64,000 nt of DNA from Octopus vulgaris. Lineage: Eukaryota. Location of the stretch: positions 28,892,001 to 28,956,000 of the forward strand of contig OX597833.1 of the NCBI GenBank assembly GCA_951406725.2, given 5' to 3'. A program made the position numbers and the translations under genes. Of the stretch, positions 54,920-64,000 are shown piece after piece; positions within the stretch are counted from its first letter, which is position 1, and each line of letters opens with the position of its first letter. The notes beneath the pieces are model-generated. The model worked only from the letters and a program-made list of their open reading frames with translations. It was not told the origin of the DNA and made no database searches.

Positions 54920-55622
54920 ACACCCCCACCACCCTGCCCTGTCCCTAGCCATATTCAGATGGCTTTAGTCCCTTATGTTATATATATATATATATATATA
55001 TAGGGAGAGAGGGAGAGGTGTATGTATGGTTTTATGCATGTGAGGGTATGATGTGCACAATGCGCTGTGTACAATATGTTAAGTGTAGGAGTGTGTATAT
55101 AATATATATATATGATGCGTGTAGGTGTGTATTTTAATCGAGTATGTATGTAGGTGTATAATAGTTTACTGCGTAGTTACTTTAAATGGTGCCACCTACG
55201 ACTACCACCAATACCACTACCACAACGTTCTGAACACATTCAACCACTGCTGCTACTACTACTACAACCACTGCAACTACACTATCGCCACCAGCACCAT
55301 GAATACTACTACCATCACCGCCACACTACGACTACTACTGCCACGACCTCTGTAACTACTACTACAACCAATTACCTATATATACTACTGCCCCCACACA
55401 CTAACCACTTGCTCTACTACCACTTATACCACTATGACTACCACCTGCTCTACTATTGCCAACAAAATCATCACCTGCATCACTACCACCTACACTATTG
55501 TCACTAAGAGTCTCAAGACATTTCGCTCGACCTGCTAGAAATAGGAATCAAATCTCCTCCAAATCACAACTTACTGTTGTAAAAGGGACTACAGTTGCAT
55601 ATACATACATACATACATACAT

Positions 55623-55699
<77 letters not shown>

Positions 55700-55703
55700 T
55701 ATA

Positions 55704-55750
<47 letters not shown>

Positions 55751-55895
55751 ATTAGAAGAAATGAGGTACTCAGAAAATCGGATGGTTTATATTTACAGAT
55801 ATTTATTTGTATATTACATTTTTTATATATCATATAACTTAGATCGTATATTAGCGCTTCCTCCCATTCTAGTGGGGTTTTCAAATCAAACTAAG

Positions 55896-55937
<42 letters not shown>

Positions 55938-56212
55938 GCAAGACGGCCAAGGTTGGAATGCCTTTGACTTGTTCCAACAGGGCTGACCTGGGACTAAACA
56001 ACAAAAATATCGCTTGTACCTGTACCCATGCACTAATACCACCTATACGACTGCAGTTTAAGCTACTAGTGCATAAGCTACCACATTACTAACGTCTTTA
56101 CTATAGCTGCATACACTATTATCACCTTCACTATTGTGGTCTACATTACTGCCTATGTTGTTACCATCGGTATTATTGCCACCAGCACTGCTAACACCTA
56201 TACATCTGCTAA

Positions 56213-56620
56213 GCGTGGCTGTGTGAGTAAGGTGCTTCCTGTCCAACGATGTGGTCTCTGGTTCAGTTCCACTGCGCGGCATCTTGGGCAAGTGTCTTCT
56301 ATTACTCCGGGCCAACCAAAGCCTTGTAAGTAGAATTGGTAGTGGATTTGACAAGAACCCTGTCGAATACATACATACACATATCTATAATATATATACA
56401 TATATATTGTATATGTGTGTGTATGTATGTTTATGTATGCATATATGTTTATCTCTCACCACGGTTTGACGAGTGTTAGTTCATTTGTGTACCCGTAACC
56501 TAGCGGTTCAGCAAAACACATTAATAGAATAAACACCAGACTTTAAAAAAAGGCAATGAGGTCGATTTGTTCGACTAAGCCCCAGCATGGCCGCAGTCCA
56601 ATAAATGAAACGAATAAGAT
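56213..56620 (+). mobile_element. SINE family B, diverged
   Basis: GCGTGGCTGTGTG...CTTGGGCAAGTGTCTTC...CCCAGCATGGCCGCAGTC. Confidence 0.8.
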
Positions 56621-57276
56621 ATATATATAAAAAAAAGATGCGTTACTAACACCAACACTGCTACCTTATACTACAACCACCTGTGCCGCTATTACTTGTA
56701 CTACCAACACAACCACAATCAATGCCACCACTTCTGTAATCAAATCCAACAATACCAGCCCCCAACCACTAATCTCTACGCAACCTCCACCTCTTCAATA
56801 TTAAAAACCAGCAGGGAGCCTCTACGTGATCACTAGATCTACTAGAGATAGCTGCTAAATCTCCCTCAAATCACAGGAAAGAATTGGATGATGTTGTCCA
56901 ACTTACTCCAAGACGGACGGATGGCCAAGACTAAGTCTGACCTATAGTTAAACACTACTAAACTTTTGCATATAACTTATCACCATCATTGACTCAACCA
57001 CCACCACTACTACTACTCTACTACTACTACTACAACTAGTAGTAGTAGATCACACCACTACTACTGCCAAAATTATTGCCACTTCCCATTGTCGCTTCTA
57101 TCATTAAAACTTAACCACCACGTAATCTGTATAAACACTACATAGCACTACTAGCAGTGCCACTAACTCATCAACTATTACTACAATTACTTCCACCAAC
57201 AACAGTTTCTTTGTTCGAAGTTTTCCCATCTCCCTCTCCCTCCCTATATATGTATGTGTGTGTGTGTGTGTGTGTG

Positions 57277-57330
<54 letters not shown>

Positions 57331-57470
57331 CAATAAAGATTCAAGTCAATTTTAATGAATTTACTTGAATATGGTACCTAACTTAGAAGCAACAAAAAAC
57401 TATACGGTTATAACCATACAGTAATGTGGGGTGATTATAAGCGAGAAAGAAGCAACAAGAATGGATAAGT

Positions 57471-57561
57471 TTTTAGTACAATCGTTTCATACAAAGACAG
57501 GCTTTATTAAAAGTTGCAAAAATTGCAGCATATAAACGTGTCCCGTACTCATCAGCTAAAA
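57471..57561 (-). ncRNA. Type I hammerhead ribozyme motif, intact core
   Basis: Minus: TTTTAG-CTGATGA-GTACGGGACA...TGTCTTTGTAT-GAAA-CGATTG-TA-CTAAAA. 6-bp stem I, long stem II, GUA triplet; in a ~310-bp module with (TA)n on both sides. Confidence 0.8.
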
Positions 57562-57639
57562 TACATGTGAGTTCTCTAGACATCTTAGTGGTTGAGGCTA
57601 TACTCATGAGGTAATGTAGATAATTAAGTAACATAAACA

Positions 57640-57698
57640 TATATATATATATATATATATATTGTGTATATATATATATATTATGTATATATATATAT

Positions 57699-57743
<45 letters not shown>

Positions 57744-57784
57744 ATATATATATGTATGTATATATATATATGTATTATATATAT

Positions 57785-57834
<50 letters not shown>

Positions 57835-57857
57835 ATATTATGTATATATATATATAT

Positions 57858-57902
<45 letters not shown>

Positions 57903-58020
57903 GTATATATATATATATTATGTATATATATATATATATATATTATGTATATATATATATATATTATTATATATATATATATATATATATATGTGTATGT
58001 ATATATATATATGTATATAT

Positions 58021-58051
<31 letters not shown>

Positions 58052-58132
58052 TATGTTATATATATATATATATATATATATTATGTTATGTATATATATA
58101 TATATATATATATTATGTATATATATATATAT

Positions 58133-58176
<44 letters not shown>

Positions 58177-58189
58177 GTATATATATATA
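57640..58189. repeat. Compound microsatellite [TTATG(TA)n]m
   Basis: Directly visible; resumes after the mariner and the SINE. Confidence 0.95.
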
Positions 58190-59458
58190 CGAGGGGCGTT
58201 CAATAAGTAATGCCCCTGACCCACTTGCAGTTGTTTGATCTAGCTGAAATTTTGCATGTGCACTTATTTATACCTCTATAGATTAAGTGGCGAATTACAG
58301 CTCTGAACTAATTGTGGTTTCTGATTTACAGGTGTTTGAACTGAGTCAAGTGTGAAATGGAGCCTGTTGAGTGTCGAGCAGTGATCTGGTTTTTGTATTT
58401 GAAAGGACGCACACCACGGGAGACTTTTGATGAAATGAAAGTAACTTATGGTGATGATGCCCCATCATATGACCTTGTAAAACGCTAGCATTGTGAATTC
58501 AAACATAGTCGGAACTCTGTGGAAACAGCTCCCAGATCTGGTCGCCCCCTTCTGCGGTTGATGAGACGTCTGTCCGTCAGGTTGAGGCTGCCATTTTCGA
58601 AGGTCAACGCATAACTATTCGCCAAATAGCCCATAAGGTCAAGATTAGTACCGGGTCTGTGGAAACTATCATTCATGATCATTTGCATATGCAAAAGGTG
58701 TCTGCCAGATGGATTTCCAGGTTGCTCACACCTTTCCAGGAGCAAGAACGCGTTGAGTGCTCAAGGATGAATTTGGAGATGTGCCAAGAAGATGAGTCAA
58801 AATTTTTCAAAAGACTGATCACACAGGATAAAACCTGGGTCCATCACTATGATCCATAGACCAAAGCCCAGTCAATGCAGTGAAAGCACCGTGACTCACC
58901 TCCTCCAAAGAAGGCAAGGGTGCAGCCCTCCTCTGACAAGGTTATGCTCACAGTCTTCTGGGACCAGGACGGAGTAGTGATGACAGATTTCCTGGCAAAG
59001 GGTACCACAATTACAGGAGCCTATTATGCTTCACTTTTGAGGAAATTAAGAGAAGCTATCAAAATTAAAAGGTGGGGCAAGATCAGCAAAGGCATCCTCC
59101 TCCTGCAGGACAACGCTCCGGTCCACAACTCGCGTATCGCCAGATCAGAAGCACAGGCGTGAAGCTATGAACTCCTCCCCTTGCAACTCTGATTTTCACC
59201 TCTTACCAGCCATGAAGTTGATTTTGAAAGGAAAGCGTTTCCCAGATGAGGCAGCCTTGATTTCTGAAGTCACGTCGTGGTTGGAGGACCAAGCTGGGGT
59301 CTTCTACAAAAACGGTCTCCAGAGCTGTATCAAACGATAGGAGAAATGCATAACTCTGGGTAGTTCCTATGTAGGAAAAGACTAATAACTGTGCCAAGTG
59401 TCGTTGCTCTACTGTTATGGGAAGTGGGTCAGGGGTATTACTTATTGAACGCCCCTCG
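58190..59458 (+). mobile_element. Full-length mariner (DD34D-type) element with disabled transposase
   Basis: TIRs CGAGGGGCGTTCAATAAGTAATGCCCCTGACCCACT at both ends, TA TSD; transposase 58357-59385 with ARWISR, TQDKTW, QDNA and several stops/frameshifts. Confidence 0.95.
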
Positions 59459-59511
59459 TATATATTATGTATATGTATATATATATATATATATTATGTA
59501 TATATATATTA

Positions 59512-59834
59512 GTGAGGGCGCGTGGCTTAGTGGTGAGGGCATTCGGCTCATGATCGTAAGGTTGTGAGTTCGATTCCCGGCGACGCGTTGTGTCCTTGAG
59601 CAAGACACTTTATTTCACGTTGCTCCAGTCCACTCAGCTGGCAAAAATGAGTTGTACTTGTATTTCAAAGGGTCAGCCTTGTCACTCTCTGTGTCACGCT
59701 GATTATCACCGAGAACTACGTTAAGGGTACACGTGTCTGTGGAATGCTCAGCCATTTGCACGTTAATTTCACGAGCAAGCTGTTCCGTTGATCGTATCAG
59801 CTGGGACCCTCGTCGTCGTAACCGGCGGAGTCTT
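59512..59834 (+). mobile_element. SINE family C
   Basis: Near-identical inverted copy of 46701-47026. Confidence 0.9.
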
Positions 59835-61292
<1,458 letters not shown>

Positions 61293-61375
61293 TTGGCAGG
61301 GCTTACTGCTAGGGAATTATCTCCCTCATTATTTAAATATATATATATATATATATATATGTATTATGTATATAT

Positions 61376-64000
61376 ATTTTTGATTTTGATTTTGATTTTT
61401 CCAGTTTCAGCTAATGAGCTGTGGCGATGCTGGGTCACCGCCATTTGGTTTGCTACACGATTTTACCTCACGGATGCTTTTTAGCAAATGCCATCTGAAG
61501 CATGAGAGAGTTTGATGCAGCTACCCTCATCTGCACCACCTGCCGTGAAGTTGGTTCATCCGGGACACCTGACAGGAAGCGATCCAGTCCTACTTTAAAG
61601 ACATCCGCATCTTTACCATGCAGGTCCCTCAGGTTCTTCGGGAGGATATTGAAGAGCTGTGGGCCTCTGAAGCCCAGGCTATCACAATATCTTGTCCTAC
61701 ATCTTGATGGCAAAATTGGAGTCCTTGCTACTACGCAGTGGCACCCGGTTCTGGCATTTGTGTGACTCTCGATGCCAAAGTTTGGGACAAGTCCTTCCAG
61801 GATCTTCCAGATATATATTATGGCATATCTTTCTCGCCTACGCTCCAGTCTTTCCCAGTAGCTCATATGCTTCACAGAGGCTATCTTCTTCGTGTAGCTT
61901 CGTTGGATCGCCTCAAGTTCTGTGATCAACTTGACACTGGATGGTGACCATAGCTGAGGGCAATAGTCAAAGTGGCTTAGGACAAGTGTCTTCCAGAGGA
62001 CCATCATGGTTTCTTGTTCTCTTGTTCTAAAGGTTCTAAGAATCCATCCAGCCAGCCGTCTACATTTCATTGCCAGTTTAGCAACATGTACATGAAAGGT
62101 CGCGTCATCACTATGTGAATACCCAGGTCACGCACTGATTGTGCCTCTGGGATTGCAATCCCTCCGGGTCCAGTGTATTGATTGGGTATTGCATTCAGTT
62201 TTGCATGCTGATAGTATAAAGCTTGAAACTTTTCAGCATTGAACTGCATGCTATTCTTTTCAGCCCACTTGTATATTTCGTCCAGCTCACATTGCAGGTG
62301 CTTAGTGTCCTCAGGGTTCTGTATTGCCTGTGAAACTTTTGTATCATCTGCATAACTTGTGATCGTGGCTCTCTGCGTGGCAGAGGGCATGTCTGAGAGG
62401 GCCATTATGAACAGTAGTGGTCCCAAAACAGTGCCCTGCGGAACACCGCTCATTATTTGCGTGCTAATGGAAGTGGTCCCATTGGCTGCTACCACCTGAC
62501 TTCTATTCTTCCGAAAGTCATGAAGCCATTCTCCCAATTTTCCAACTATGCCAAGATCACGCAGTTTGTGACATATCATTCCATGATCGACTTTATCAAA
62601 GGCCTTTGCAAAGTCGTGATATATGACTTCCACATTTGAGTGGTTGAGCAGTTGTTTCAGCACCCAGTCATAGTGTTGTAGGAGCTGAGTTAAGCAGCTT
62701 CTTCCTGGTCGGAAACCATGTTGGGTGTCAGGCAGCAAGTCATTTTCTTCAAGGAAGGTGATTAGTTTCCTTCTGACTATTCGTTCCATGACCTTGCTGA
62801 TGTGTGAGGTGAGAGAGAGAGATCTGTAGTTCTTGGCCTCTGCTCTGCTACCTCCTTTATGAATAGGGCATATTTTACCTTCCTTCAGTTTTCTTGGAAG
62901 TTTGCCAGCTGCAAGGAAGCTCTGAAAGAGGAACTGCAGTGGTCTTGCTAGGACTCTCTTACATACTTTTAGGAGGATTGCCGGGAATCCATCGGGGCCA
63001 ATAACTGAGTCTGTTTTCATTTCATCTATAGCCTTTATTACATCGTATTCCTTTATATCGATGTAATTTATCGTCGCCGCCTCTGATTTTATATCTACAG
63101 TGGTAAAGAAGTCAGTTGGATTGCTGATTTGGAAATGCCCAAGGGGTGGAGTGAAAACACTCTTGAATTGCTCATTCAGTATTTCACTTACCCTCATTGG
63201 TTTTCCTGTGAGTGTGCCATCCTTTTCAAGGAGTGGCCCTATCCTACAGTGCACCGTAGCTGTTTCTTTGGCATACCTGTAGAAAGCTCTGGGGTTAGTT
63301 TTTATGTTGTCTATAGCCCAGGCTTCTTTGTCTGCTCTTTCCTTTTCATGGGAGAGTTGCAGACATTTTTCAATTTCCAACAGTTTTATTTTCAGGCGGG
63401 ACTTTTCACTGCTTTCAGTTTGTTTGTTTAGGCGATTTGAAATTTTTGTACGCCGTCTCATTAAAATTTTCCTCTCTCTGGGGATTTTGTTCTTGCCTTT
63501 CTCTCTGGGACACATTTGTAGCATATGGCTTGAATTACAGACATGAATTGTTAAAGTTTCATGTCGATGTCCGGCGAGGAGAGACATTCAGGCCAGTTTT
63601 GTTTGAGGATCTCTTTCTCAATTTGTTTCCAGTTTGCCTTATTGAAGTTCAAGCTGGAAAGATTCTGAGAGTTTCTTGTAGGCTGCATGTCCATGCTTTC
63701 CTTTGGCCCGTACATGGTCAGCTCTACCATGTTGTGATCCGAGAGTAGTGTCGGTGTCACTTTCACATTATGGATGAGATCCATATTATTTGTGAAGCAG
63801 AGATCCAGTGTGTTACCTGCCCTGGTTGGTTGGAGTATTACTTGCTCCATGTACAGGGTGTTGATGAGGTTCAGGAGGGACCTCGCCTGTCCCCGTTCAC
63901 ATCGTGTCATTCCTGGGAGAGAAAGGCCCTCGGGCCATCTGACATTGGGTAGATTGAAGTCTCCCATGAGAAGTACACTTATGTGCTGTTCTAGTGTGAC
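61376..64000 (-). mobile_element. CR1-group LINE (APE + RT), runs off the window end
   Basis: GDFNLP, NTLDL, SDH endonuclease motifs; RT GPDG, NYRSLSLTS, QHGFR, DFAKAFD, GVPQGTVLGP, YADD; (AAAATC)n 3' tail; two frameshifts. Confidence 0.93.

Overview
AT-rich, extremely repeat-dense eukaryotic DNA, almost certainly intronic or intergenic sequence of a coleoid cephalopod (Octopus-like). That assignment is an inference from the SINE repertoire and the huge TA/CA/TAA/GATA microsatellite load. Nearly all long ORFs in the track are microsatellite artefacts. The real content is a layered transposon graveyard: R4/Dong-type (RT+REL) LINEs in trinucleotide repeats, L1/Tx1, RTE and CR1-group LINEs, three tRNA-derived SINE families, mariner, Tigger/pogo and hAT DNA transposons, Helitrons (including a head-to-tail array with PIF1 helicase fragments), and many Penelope-like (PLE) fragments. 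Two short candidate host exons lie at ~18.8-19.1 kb and ~31.8-31.9 kb. The most notable signal is a dispersed set of type I hammerhead ribozyme motifs with an unusually long stem II and a minimal, mostly palindromic stem III. Three have intact cores (6.6, 20.2, 57.5 kb) and several are decayed. They sit on short AT-rich PLE-like modules, mostly beside (TA)n tracts, and related modules carry long fold-back palindromes. This suggests a ribozyme-bearing, microsatellite-associated, non-autonomous retroelement system. Coordinates were read by eye and element ends may be off by some bases.
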